Below, in pieces: positions 35,748 to 46,162 of a stretch of 64,000 nt of DNA. Position numbers and translations under genes: made by a program. The notes under the pieces are model-generated. The model did no database searches. It saw only the letters and a program-made list of their open reading frames with translations, and was not told where the DNA came from. Every line of letters starts with the position of its first letter. Positions within the stretch are counted from its first letter, which is position 1. Origin of the DNA: an uncultured Hormoscilla sp. (GTDB lineage Bacteria > Cyanobacteriota > Cyanobacteriia > Cyanobacteriales > Desertifilaceae); NCBI GenBank assembly GCA_963921275.4, contig OZ001293.3, positions 4,544,001 to 4,608,000 of the forward strand, given 5' to 3'.

Positions 35748-37401
35748 AGTCGGGGTCGAGCTAACTCTCACGAGCTAACCCTCCCATTCGGAACCGGACA
35801 TGCGACTTTCATCGCATCCGGCTACTGGGTAGATAGCCCTTTGTCATGGGTAGAATTACTCGGGATTACTCCCTTTGTTCCTCTCTTTATGTAATTTGGC
35901 CCCTTATGGTTAGTCTCAGACTAGATAAATGCCTAACTCCGGAAGGTTCGCGGGGGTTAACAGGACAAACCCATATAAACCGCTCTTTACTAACGTTGCC
36001 CTCGTTAATTAGGGACTTTACAAGTTTTACCCGGTTAGGTCTTTAGTCCAATATTAACTACCTAGGATTTCTCCTGGTCTAGAACATTTAAGGCTACTTT
36101 CACCCAAAGATTCTATCTATCACCAACCCACGTCAGCATATCCATAGGAGTTACCCCAGGCTTTAGCTTCTTGGGCTATCTCTCCCCTCATGGCTTGCGC
36201 TTTACATCTAACTTGTCCATATGAGGACAGCTCATGAGAGGTTACTTCGTTCCCTAATATCATTTCACGATACCTTTAGGCTCCTACTATACCTCAGTAA
36301 CTTTTCGAGTACGATGTTAGTCACGGGCTACGACTAACACTAGCTACTTTCCCTTTTGGGCCAGCGTAATAGCCTTATTCCGCTGGTTTAATATCATGAG
36401 GCTTACATAGATTTGTTTGTTCTAGCCTTGGGTATCTAACAAGCGCGGAGTCACTGGCTTAGGCTGCCAGCTATCCTACATTTAAATCCTCGCTTAGCAC
36501 CACGGCGATGTTACTCCGCAGCACCTCACGCGGTCACCCCCGTACTTGAGAGGAATTAGGGGTCGAGCTGGGAATCGCTCCCCAACCCTCCCGTTCGGAA
36601 CCGTGCATGCGACTTTCACCGCACACGGCTACTGGGTAGTTGGTCCTTGTCACTGGTAGGTAACTTCGGGATTACTCCCGTTGTCCCTCGTCTCATGAGA
36701 TTTGGCCCCTTGAGCTTATCCATCTCTGACAGGTTTCCCCCGAGCTGTAGGCATATTTAGGGCTACTTTTACCCAAGACTTCCAACTATCACCGACCGAC
36801 GTCTGCATATCCCAGGCGTTACTCCGGGCATTTGCTTCTTAGGCCATCTTTCCCACTCGCGGCTTGCGCTTCACATCTGACTGGTCCTTTAGGACAGCAC
36901 ACGAAGGGTTACTTCGTTCCCTGGTATCATTTCACGATGCCTTTAGGCCCCTACTTTTCCCCGGCAGTTATTTGGGTACAATGTTAGCCAATTCCCTAAT
37001 TAACACTAACTGCATTAACTTTTGTTCCAGCGCATTAAGCCTTATTTCGCTGGTTGGGTTTAACGAGGTTTACATAGGTTCGCTTGTTCTAGCCATGGAC
37101 ATCTTTCCTAGCGGAGTCACCGGCTTGGGCTGCCAGCTATCCTACATTTGAGTCCTCGCTTAGCACCACGACGATGTTATTTCGCAGCACCTCACGCGGT
37201 TACCCCTGTACCTGGGGAGGGGGAATTAAACCCCCATGATTACCAGAGTTACTAGTTTCCTAGGCCAGCGTTCCGTATATGACTACGTTAGGCTGGAACT
37301 CATCGCACGGGAATTTAACCCTCATGATAATCAGAGTTATCTGGCTAATGGAACCAGACCCGACTTTCACCATTACTGGCTTATGTCAGAACGAATCGCA
37401 C
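35748..37401 (-). ncRNA. ORF-less group II intron A1 (outer intron of twintron 1)
   Basis: DV (rc) AGCCGGATGCGATGAAAGTCGCATGTCCGGTTC; 5' GTGCGATTCGTT at 37401. Confidence 0.9.
36555..37308 (-). ncRNA. ORF-less group II intron B1 nested in domain I of A1
   Basis: 5' GTGCGATGAGTT, DV/DVI, ends CTCGACCCCTAAT; removal restores the domain I sequence seen in introns D and E. Confidence 0.9.
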
Positions 37402-38348
37402 AACCCGATTATTATCCTAAGATATATACAAACAGGAGTAGCGGGTCACAAGTAGTGATTTTAGCGCCTGAAACCCAGGACCGCAGTCAAATCACTATCG
37501 GAATGACCACTACCTTGGAATCCATGTTGCGGATATATAGCAGTCGGGGTCGAGCTAACTCTCACGAGCTAACCCTCCCATTCGGAACCGGACATGCGAC
37601 TTTCATCGCATCCGGCTACTGGGTAGATAGCCCTTTGTCATGGGTAGAATTACTCGGGATTACTCCCTTTGTTCCTCTCTTTATGTAATTTGGCCCCTTA
37701 TGGTTAGTCTCAGACTAGATAAATGCCTAACTCCGGAAGGTTCGCGGGGGTTAACAGGACAAACCCATATAAACCGCTCTTTACTAACGTTGCCCTCGTT
37801 AATTAGGGACTTTACAAGTTTTACCCGGTTAGGTCTTTAGTCCAATATTAACTACCTAGGATTTCTCCTGGTTTAGAACATTTAAGGCTACTTTCACCCA
37901 AAGATTCTATCTATCACCAACCCACGTCAGCATATCCATAGGAGTTACCCCAGGCTTTAGCTTCTTGGGCTATCTCTCCCCTCATGGCTTGCGCTTTACA
38001 TCTAACTTGTCCATATGAGGACAGCTCATGAGAGGTTACTTCGTTCCCTAATATCATTTCACGATACCTTTAGGCTCCTACTGTACCCCAGTAACTTTTC
38101 GAGTACGATGTTAGTCACGGGCTACGACTAACACTAGCTACTTTCCCTTTTGGGCCAGCGTAATAGCCTTATTCCGCTGGTTTAATATCATGAGGCTTAC
38201 ATAGATTTGTTTGTTCTAGCCTTGGGTATCTAACAAGCGCGGAGTCACCGGCTTAGGCTGCCAGCTATCCTACATTTAAATCCTCGCTTAGCACCACGGC
38301 GATGTTACTCCGCAGCACCTCACGCGGTCACCCCCGTACTTGAGGGGA

Positions 38349-40358
38349 AGTCGGGGTCGAGCTGTCCCTCGCGGGACAACCCTCCCTTTCGGAACCGTGC
38401 ATGCGACTTTCACCGCACACGGCTACTGGGTACTAGGCCCCTTTCACGGGTAGGATTACTAGGGATTACTCCCATTGTCCCTTACTACTTGCACGTCCGC
38501 CCCTTTCCTGGTTGGTGAGTGGAGCTGCCGGATAACCTTTAGTATCACCATTTAACACTCCGTTTTACCAGTTAAACATTCCTCAATCCTCAACTCGCTT
38601 TCGCTAACGCTGTAAATGGGCTTATGACATTTTAGAGCTACTTGTAGCAATAGTTTACTAGTATCACCGACCCGCGTCTGCGTATCCATAGGCATTACCG
38701 GCGTCTTCCGCATGCTCTTGTCCTGAAGGACTTTGGCGTCTTCCGCACACTCTTGTCCTGAAGGACTCGGTGTGCTCCAGACACCAAGGCATGCTCCAGA
38801 CACCGCCTAGGCATTAGCTTCTCGGGCCATCTCTCCCCTCATGGGCATGCGCTATGCGCTGCGCGCACGCTACGCGGACGCACATCTGACTTGTCCAAAT
38901 GAGGACAGCACCACGGGGGTTACTTCGTTCCTCTCGCTGAGGTTACTTCGTTCCCTGGTATCATTTCACGATGCCTTTAGGCCCCTACTTTTCCCCGGCA
39001 GTTATTTGGGTACAATGTTAGCCAATTCCCTAATTAACCTAAGTTGCGACCTATTAAAAAAAATATGAATTACCCACTTAGACTTTACAGATATTTGGGA
39101 TATTTCGTAGCTTTTGATACAAAATTATATTTTTTTTGTGCTAGACGGCGGGTTGGCTGTTTATAGGTTATAATGTACTAAAATAATAGTTAATTGCTAG
39201 GGGATGTAGATGATGGAAGATATGATTACAACAATTTTTGTTCTTTGTGATGAGCTACTAAAAGCGTTAAATATAAAAGAAGATCCACAAGTAAAAATGA
39301 ACAATGCCGAAGTGATGACAGTCGGATTAGTTGCTGCATATTTTTTCGGAGGACACCACGATCGCTCTTGTCAATTTATGGTCGAACACAAGTATATAAA
39401 AAATCTGTTAAGTAAAAGTAGGTTCAATCGTCGATTACACAATATTGACGAACCAATTTGGATGTTTTTCTTCCAAGTTATAGCTCAAACATTTAAAGAG
39501 CTCAATCCGTCAAGAATATATTCTTGATAGTTTCCCGGTGCCAGTATGTGATAATATTAGGATTGATAGATGCCAAATTTATAACAAGGAAGAATATCGA
39601 GGGTATATTGCCAGTAAAAAACGTTATTTTTATGGATTAAGAGTTCATATGTTGGTAAACAAAAATGGAAAGCCAATAGAATTTTATCTAGATCCTGGTA
39701 GTTATAATGATGTTAAAGTTTTGCAATCTTTTGGCTTTGACTTACCATCAAATTCAATAGTTTATGGAGATAAAGCTTATAATGATTATCAATTAGAGGA
39801 TTTACTAAAAGAGTCGTCAAGTATAATGTTAAAACCTTTGCGAAAAAAGAACTCAAAAAGAAAAGAATATTCTTGTTTTGAATATATACAAAAAGTAACA
39901 AGAAAACAAGTTGAAACCTGTTTTAGTCGAATCACCAATTTGTTTCCCAAGTCAATTCATGCTGTTACATCTAAGGGATTAGAGTTGAAAATAATTCTCT
40001 TTATCATAGCTTTTTGTATCCAATTTTTATAGGTCGCAACTTGAGTTAATTAACACTAACTGCATTAACTTTTGTTCCAGCGCATTAAGCCTTATTTCGC
40101 TGGTTGGGTTTAACGAGGTTTACATAGGTTCGCTTGTTCTAGCCATGGACATCTTTCCTAGCAGAGTCACCGGCTTGGGCTGCCAGTTATCCTACATTTG
40201 AGTCCTCGCTTGGCACCACGATGATGTTACTTCGCAGCACCTCACGCGGTTACCCCTGTACCTGGGGAGGGGGAATTAAACCCCCATGATTACCAGAGTT
40301 ACTAGTTTCCTAGGCCAGCGTTCCGTATATGACTACGTTAGGCTGGAACTCATCGCAC
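38349..40358 (-). ncRNA. Chimeric ORF-less group II intron (B-type 5' part, different 3' part) nested in A2
   Basis: 38941-40358 minus the IS matches B1; 38349-38931 is a different sequence type with its own DV/DVI. Confidence 0.85.
39037..40046 (+). mobile_element. IS982-family element; transposase 39210-40032 split by a frameshift
   Basis: Inverted ends ACCTAAGTTGCGACCTAT / ATAGGTCGCAACTTGAGT; TAATTA target duplication; DSFPVPVCDNIRI, YFYGLRVH, YGDKAY, RKQVETCFS. Confidence 0.92.
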
Positions 40359-41286
40359 GGGAATTTAACCCTCATGATAATCAGAGTTATCTGGCTAATG
40401 GAACCAGACCCGACTTTCACCATTACTGGCTTATGTCAGAACGAATCGCACAGTTCTCATATTAGTGTGATATGCTGTAGGATATTGCGTCGGGAGGGTA
40501 ACTCACCCCTCGCATAAGTTACTCGCCTTACTCCCCCCCCCTCGCAATGACAAGTCGGCGATTATTCTGTACCACATTAATTTGAGAAACGCTATACTTT
40601 CTGCAACAATAGTACGGATTGAGCGCTCGGGACATGGAAGATAGTTTGTATGACATCGTATCGATGCGTCAGTTTTCGGGATTGGGTATGGATGAGGTTC
40701 CTGACGAGACCAAGATATTGAGATTCCGGCATTGGCTGGAGGAACACAAATAGCAAAACTCGGTGGCGAAGCGGCAATCCTGAATTCTACCGAATACGAT
40801 CGCATCCCGGTTGACGACCCAAGAAGCCCCTAAGTCCGCCATACCCGATCGGAGCGGTAAAATAACCGAGATTTCCATTACATGACCATTAACAGGGACA
40901 ACTAACATTACTCGATCAATTTCGATACCAAGTATCAAAAGCAAATGAAAATCACCCTCATCATTATCCTATCCATACTGATATTTGTTGCCATTGTTTA
41001 TCTATGGGGCAGAACCTTACCCGCACACCAAGACCTACGGGTAGAAAGAACAATTAGCATCAATGCCCGCATATTAGATTGAGAAGAGCCGTCTTACGCA
41101 ACAATTTTGGTTGTTTGTAATGATCCTTTACAGAAATCCCAGATCCAGAGTCCGCTATCCATTTATCAGGACAGCCGTAGTGCCGGTCATAGAAAGAACC
41201 CAGGAAACCAGAGGGCTAAACAGCGAGAAACCGGGTTTCTGGCAGAAACCCGGTTTCTCAGTCCGTCGATGTTTGCCAGTGGTAGC

Positions 41287-42846
41287 TTAAAAGTTAGGCT
41301 CGACAATATAAGGAGAAGAAATTCTCGGAGCCTTGTTGGTGGCCACTAAAGCCTGGTAAATGAAGGCTGAAACTTCAGCTCTAGTGCTATCCAGCATGGG
41401 GTTAAGTATATTCTTCTGAGGATAATTGACCACCATCCACCTTTGGGTAGCAGTAGCCACTTCATCAGTAGCATAGCTGGGAATCTGGGCCCGATCGCTA
41501 TAAGCAAAAAGTAAATTAGTATTGCCCTCAGTTAAGCCTAAACCATTCACCAAAGAGACGATCGCCTGAACGCGAGTCAAATTATGCTCCGGACGAAAAG
41601 AACCATCAGGAAAACCAGAGATAAATCCCATGCGCGAGGCTTGCCCCATGCGCGAGGCTTGCCCGATCGCCGATGCGGCCCAAAAACGAGGGTCAACATC
41701 CCAAAAGTCAATCTCCGATCGCTTAAAAGGCAATGGGAAAGTCTTAGCAATCAAAGCGGCATACTGGGCGCGAGTGATGCTTTGGTCTGGTCGAAAAGTG
41801 CGATCGGGGAAACCACTAATAAAGCCCTTACTAACCATAGCAGCAATAAAGACTTCCGCCCAATGTCGGGCAATATCTGTCAATCCAGTTTCGCTGCGTG
41901 GTGCCGGAGTGGGAGTGGGAGTAGGGTTGGGAGTGGGAGTGGGAGTGGGGCTGGGAGTAGGGGCGATTGGCAGATCTGTGGCAACAAAATCGATCGAGCC
42001 TTTCACGCGGGTAGGATTAATCTGATTTCCCACCGAGACCAGCATCTTCTTAGTAGCATTATGCAAATCATATTGACCATTACCGCGCAGAATATTGCCA
42101 CCATTATCTTGAGGACTGCCCAAATCCGGTATCGCATTACCAATCACAACCAGACCATCCTCCGAGTTATTCTCAATTGTATTATTCCGCAGGACTGGAC
42201 GTGCTTGATTAGAAAGTACCATGCCAGAGCGATTGGCAAAAATCAGATTATCAACCACCACAGGCGCAGCATCATCGCTAATGGCAATCCCGTAACCAGT
42301 ATCTTGACAGACATTACCACGTATCTCGCCCTTCACATTTTTCGCGATCGATATCCCGTTAGCGTTATTTCTAATAAACAGATTACCCTCAATCACGGGA
42401 TGGGCCGTACCAGTAGCAAACAGCCCCTCTCGGGCCGAATTCGCTAAAGTATTGTTAGCCACGTAAGGGGCCGTAGATTCAATCCAGACCGCCGTCCCCC
42501 GTCCGGCCCGGTTAGTCACAGTGACTCCCCGCAATTGGGCATCATCGGACAGCTCTATGGTAATATTTTGACGGGCAAAGCTGCGCGAGAAATAACTGCC
42601 ACTGCCTTCAATTACAATCCCCTTGCCTTTGTCCGATTCATTCCCTAAAACCGTCACCCCAGCTGGCACGCTCAGGGGAAAAATCTCGCCACTGGCTTGA
42701 TTATAGACCCCAGGTGCCAGTTGAATCCTAGTTTCGCCCCTCGATTGCTGGAGTGCCCTGGTCAGGGTCTTAAACGGAGAATATTGATTACCGGCACCTC
42801 TGTCATTGCCAGTATCGGGATTAACATAAAGCATAGATTTGACCAT
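41287..42846 (-). CDS. DUF1565 beta-helix protein with PT linker and S-layer homology domains
   Basis: LYVNPDTGND...PFKTLTRAL, PTPTP linker, GFPDRTFRPDQSITRAQ. Confidence 0.9.
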   Translation of the reverse strand: MVKSMLYVNPDTGNDRGAGNQYSPFKTLTRALQQSRGETRIQLAPGVYNQASGEIFPLSVPAGVTVLGNESDKGKGIVIEGSGSYFSRSFARQNITIELSDDAQLRGVTVTNRAGRGTAVWIESTAPYVANNTLANSAREGLFATGTAHPVIEGNLFIRNNANGISIAKNVKGEIRGNVCQDTGYGIAISDDAAPVVVDNLIFANRSGMVLSNQARPVLRNNTIENNSEDGLVVIGNAIPDLGSPQDNGGNILRGNGQYDLHNATKKMLVSVGNQINPTRVKGSIDFVATDLPIAPTPSPTPTPTPNPTPTPTPAPRSETGLTDIARHWAEVFIAAMVSKGFISGFPDRTFRPDQSITRAQYAALIAKTFPLPFKRSEIDFWDVDPRFWAASAIGQASRMGQASRMGFISGFPDGSFRPEHNLTRVQAIVSLVNGLGLTEGNTNLLFAYSDRAQIPSYATDEVATATQRWMVVNYPQKNILNPMLDSTRAEVSAFIYQALVATNKAPRISSPYIVEPNF

Positions 42847-42970
42847 GATTTTGTCGCGACCGGAGGCTGCCACCCCTGGGAAATATTAACATATTCCGTT
42901 ACGGTAGGCTGATTAACTCTTCGGGGAAATTAAAATATAAAAGCATTGCTGCCGCTAGTAAGGGTGAAAA

Positions 42971-43294
42971 ATGTTCTACATAGTCATAGCTCTGAATCTA
43001 CTAATATCATTACTCTGCCTGTTCGTTGCCTTCCGAGTTTGGCGACTGCGGCAAACTCTCTCTCGGGTGGCAGATGCGTTGGTAAAAGCTGAACGCAAAA
43101 CCCATGCCATACTCCACAAAGCTCCCCATAGCATTATTAAAGGGCAACGAGGCACGTCAACACTGCAGCGGCGGTATCGCAGTCTCATGAATCAAGTCAG
43201 GCAGGTGCAGCAGATTTTAGCCATTGTCAGTCTGGTGCTGGGAGTTGGGCATCGGGGCGGTACGCGGGCCCCACGGCTGGGTCGCGCTACGTGA
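42971..43294 (+). CDS. Hypothetical membrane-anchored protein
   Basis: N-terminal TM segment; first of a co-oriented gene run. Confidence 0.65.
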   Translation: MFYIVIALNLLISLLCLFVAFRVWRLRQTLSRVADALVKAERKTHAILHKAPHSIIKGQRGTSTLQRRYRSLMNQVRQVQQILAIVSLVLGVGHRGGTRAPRLGRAT

Positions 43295-43469
43295 TTGCAC
43301 CAAGTACCGCGTACTGGCCTCCAGTAAGCAGCATGCTGAGATATTTCGATTTCCATACACAGACGCACTTGCGATCACAGAAGATAGAAGTAAGTTAGAA
43401 GGGGGTGGTCGGCGCTCTCCGACTGCGGCAGTCCCCAATCAATGTGAGTACAGCGAGGCTTAGCCCTAA

Positions 43470-43881
43470 GATGTCAAAAAACAGTTCTGGAAAATTCATC
43501 AGGGGTCTGTTGTTAGGTACTGTGATTGGAGGTGTAACTGGCATCCTGATGGCACCTCGGTCCGGACGACAGACGCGGCAGTTATTGGAAAAATCAGCTG
43601 AAGCTCTGCCAGAGTTGGCAGAGGATATCTCGGCAAATGTCCAAATTCAGGCAGACTGGCTCTCAGAAGCAACACTGCGCAATTTGGAGGAGACTCTTGA
43701 ACGACTCCGACTGGCGATCGCGGTGGCGATCGAGGCGGGAGCCAGGGAACAGGAAGCACTCTCTCAGCAGTATGCCTCCGATCCCGAAGATCTGTCCGAC
43801 GATCCTAATGAACAACTGCCTGGGGACACCCCATCAGAGACAGATTTACTTTTTTCTCAACAACAGGAACCATCGCTGTAG
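43470..43881 (+). CDS. YtxH domain protein
   Basis: FIRGLLLGTVIGGVTGILMAPRSGRQTR. Confidence 0.85.
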
Positions 43882-43890
43882 GTAAATTTT

Positions 43891-44532
43891 GTGCTCGATC
43901 CCCTCTTTTGGCTAGGACTATCTATCTTACTGGTTGCCGTCAGCCTCACCGCTGTGCTGGTGGCGGCCCTGCCCGCCTTACAGGAGTTGGCCAGAGCTGC
44001 TCGCAGTGCCGAAAAGCTCTTTGACACCCTCAGCCGCGAACTGCCCCCCACCCTAGAGTCCATCCGTCTGACCGGTCTGGAAATCAGCGATCTCACCGAT
44101 GAGGTGAACAAAGGAGTTCAAAGTGCCTCTCAGGTAGTCCAACAAGTCGATGAAAGCATCGATATTGCCAAAAAGCAGGCACAAAAAGTCCAAATTCACT
44201 ACAAAAGCATCTGGGCTGGCCTTAAAGCTGGCTGGAAAACCTTGACAAAAAGTAAAAAATATGCTAAAAAATATCGCCACCCGACCGCTCCTCTGCCTTC
44301 GTCAGCTGGAACTGCCCTAGACTTTGAGCCAGCTTCCGGTCATAAACGCACCGGCGATCGAAAAGGTGCAGAGCGATCGCAAGCGCGGCGAGAGGCTGAC
44401 TATTTGCCCAGTCAATATTTGCCGAAGCCAGAGTCAGACCGACCCTCATCTCAACCGGTGTCTCCTGGGAGCGCTACTCGCACTACCCAGGAGACACCGC
44501 CTGCACCTGTAGATCGGCGGGATGAATCCTGA
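43891..44532 (+). CDS. DUF948 family protein (hairpin repeat in-frame near the C-terminus)
   Basis: DPLFWLGLS...ARSAEKLFDTLSRELPPTLESIRLTGLEISDLT. Confidence 0.85.
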   Translation: MLDPLFWLGLSILLVAVSLTAVLVAALPALQELARAARSAEKLFDTLSRELPPTLESIRLTGLEISDLTDEVNKGVQSASQVVQQVDESIDIAKKQAQKVQIHYKSIWAGLKAGWKTLTKSKKYAKKYRHPTAPLPSSAGTALDFEPASGHKRTGDRKGAERSQARREADYLPSQYLPKPESDRPSSQPVSPGSATRTTQETPPAPVDRRDES

Positions 44533-44701
44533 ACGAAGTCGTTACTTACAGCAAAAAATATTAAAATCAAGTAAACAAGTGTAAAGTTTCGTTAACAAAT
44601 CTGTGAATTTGGCGACTTCTGTTTCCCTCGGGAGCGCCTTAAGCACTACTCGGGGACACAGACTCGTACTGGGTGTTGTTGAAGTAATGATCGAGTTTCC
44701 T

Positions 44702-45508
44702 ATGCAAAAGCAGTTTTTTAAGAGACTTTTGGTATCGCTGATGGCAGGTGTGCTGGGTTTGTCAATCTGGGCTCACGCCCCCGCAACCGCCGGTGCATAT
44801 AATAATCCCGAATTACTCCCCGCTCGCCAGACTCCGATAATAGACTTAGGCAAAACTCTGGCCGATATACAAGAAGAAAGACTGGTCCAGGAATTAGAAG
44901 CATTTGAAAGGTCAACAGGCTGGAAACTGCGAGTTTTGACCCAATTTGACCGCACACCGGGGCGGGCGATCAAAGATTTTTGGGACCTGAATGAAAAAAC
45001 TGTGCTGCTGGTTGCCGACTTACGAGGCGGCAATATCCTCAATTTTAACCTCGGCGATGAGGTCTACAAACTCCTACCTCGTACCTTCTGGGTGGAGTTG
45101 CAAACCCGCTACGGCAACCAGTTCTTTGTGCGCGAGAATGGCGAAGACCAATCCATCATTCAATCTCTAGAATCAGTCAAAACTTGTTTGTCTCAGGGAG
45201 GTTGCCGAGTAGTGCCAGGACTACCCAGAGAACAATGGATTCTCACCCTGATTACCTCGGTGATTGGTGGACTGGTCTGTGGTGTGGCCGCTATTCCCCG
45301 CAAACCAGGACAGGTGTTTGCCTGGCAGTGGGCTTTGATGTTCTCACCCCTGTGGGGCATCCTGTTTATCGCCTTCGGCATAGGACCGGTGATAGCCAGG
45401 ACGACGGATTGGCTGCCCTTATTTCGGAATGTGATGGGTTTTCTGCTTGGTGTAATGGTTGCCTACCTTTCCCCCACCATTAGCCAATCTTCGGCATCTG
45501 AAACCTGA
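44702..45508 (+). CDS. TPM domain protein (thylakoid lumen type); start uncertain
   Basis: Signal peptide, YNNPELLP, GWKLRVLTQFDRTPG, FWVELQTRYGNQFFVRE. Confidence 0.8.
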   Translation: MQKQFFKRLLVSLMAGVLGLSIWAHAPATAGAYNNPELLPARQTPIIDLGKTLADIQEERLVQELEAFERSTGWKLRVLTQFDRTPGRAIKDFWDLNEKTVLLVADLRGGNILNFNLGDEVYKLLPRTFWVELQTRYGNQFFVRENGEDQSIIQSLESVKTCLSQGGCRVVPGLPREQWILTLITSVIGGLVCGVAAIPRKPGQVFAWQWALMFSPLWGILFIAFGIGPVIARTTDWLPLFRNVMGFLLGVMVAYLSPTISQSSASET

Positions 45509-45569
45509 ATGCTCAACTAGATCCAGGCTCTGATAAGCTGATAGCTGATAGCTGATAGCCGATCGCTAT

Positions 45570-46112
45570 ATGGAATGGCACATAACAGATACCCAAAGTC
45601 TGGCAATTATTGACCGAGAAATTGGAGCCCATAGCTTCTCACCGGCGGAGTACGAGATTGTCCGCCGGGTAGTTTATGCCACAGCTGATTTTGAATATAA
45701 GTCGCTGATCAAATTCTCTGACCAAGCCTTACAGTCTGGGGCCGCTGCGTTAGCGGCTCGTACTACTATTGTGGTAGATGTGCCGATGGTACAGGTAGGG
45801 ATTGTACACACTATCCAGAACACCTTTGCCAACCCTGTCTATTGCAGCATGGAAACTCTGACGCGCCCCCAAAGGGAAAAAACTAAGGCCGCTTGGGGCA
45901 TTGAAACCTTGGCGCGACGATACCCAGAGGGGATATTTGTGATCGGCGAGGCTCAGACGGCCCTATCAGCTTTGGTAGAACTAATTGAGATTGAGGTGAT
46001 TAGACCAGCTTTGGTGATTGGGGTACCAGCTGGCTTTGTGGAAGTGGATGTCACAAAAGACCGGCTGAATGACTCCCAGGTGCCTCACATTCGCATAGAA
46101 TGGATTGGTTGA
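45570..46112 (+). pseudogene. cobH: Precorrin-8X methylmutase CobH/CbiC family, C-terminal deletion and frameshift
   Basis: SLAIIDREIG, IVRRVVYATADF, VIGVPAGFV; GRKG motif absent and NGLVELAWQAY lies in another frame. Confidence 0.75.
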
Positions 46113-46162
46113 ACTAGCGTGGCAAGCTTATAGCCAAGAAGGCGCAGGTATGGGTTAATTTT

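Larger units (their letters stand above)
37542..40451 (-). ncRNA. ORF-less group II intron A2 (near-identical to A1; outer intron of twintron 2)
   Basis: 37542-38348 and 40359-40451 match A1. Confidence 0.9.

Noticed and set aside
35846..39068. Short ORFs inside the intron cluster as intron-encoded proteins
   Set aside because: Mostly antisense to the introns, with no RT (YADD), maturase or HNH motifs
40503..40944. Small minus-strand ORFs right of twintron 2
   Set aside because: Possibly a gene fragment, but no motif could be identified with confidence
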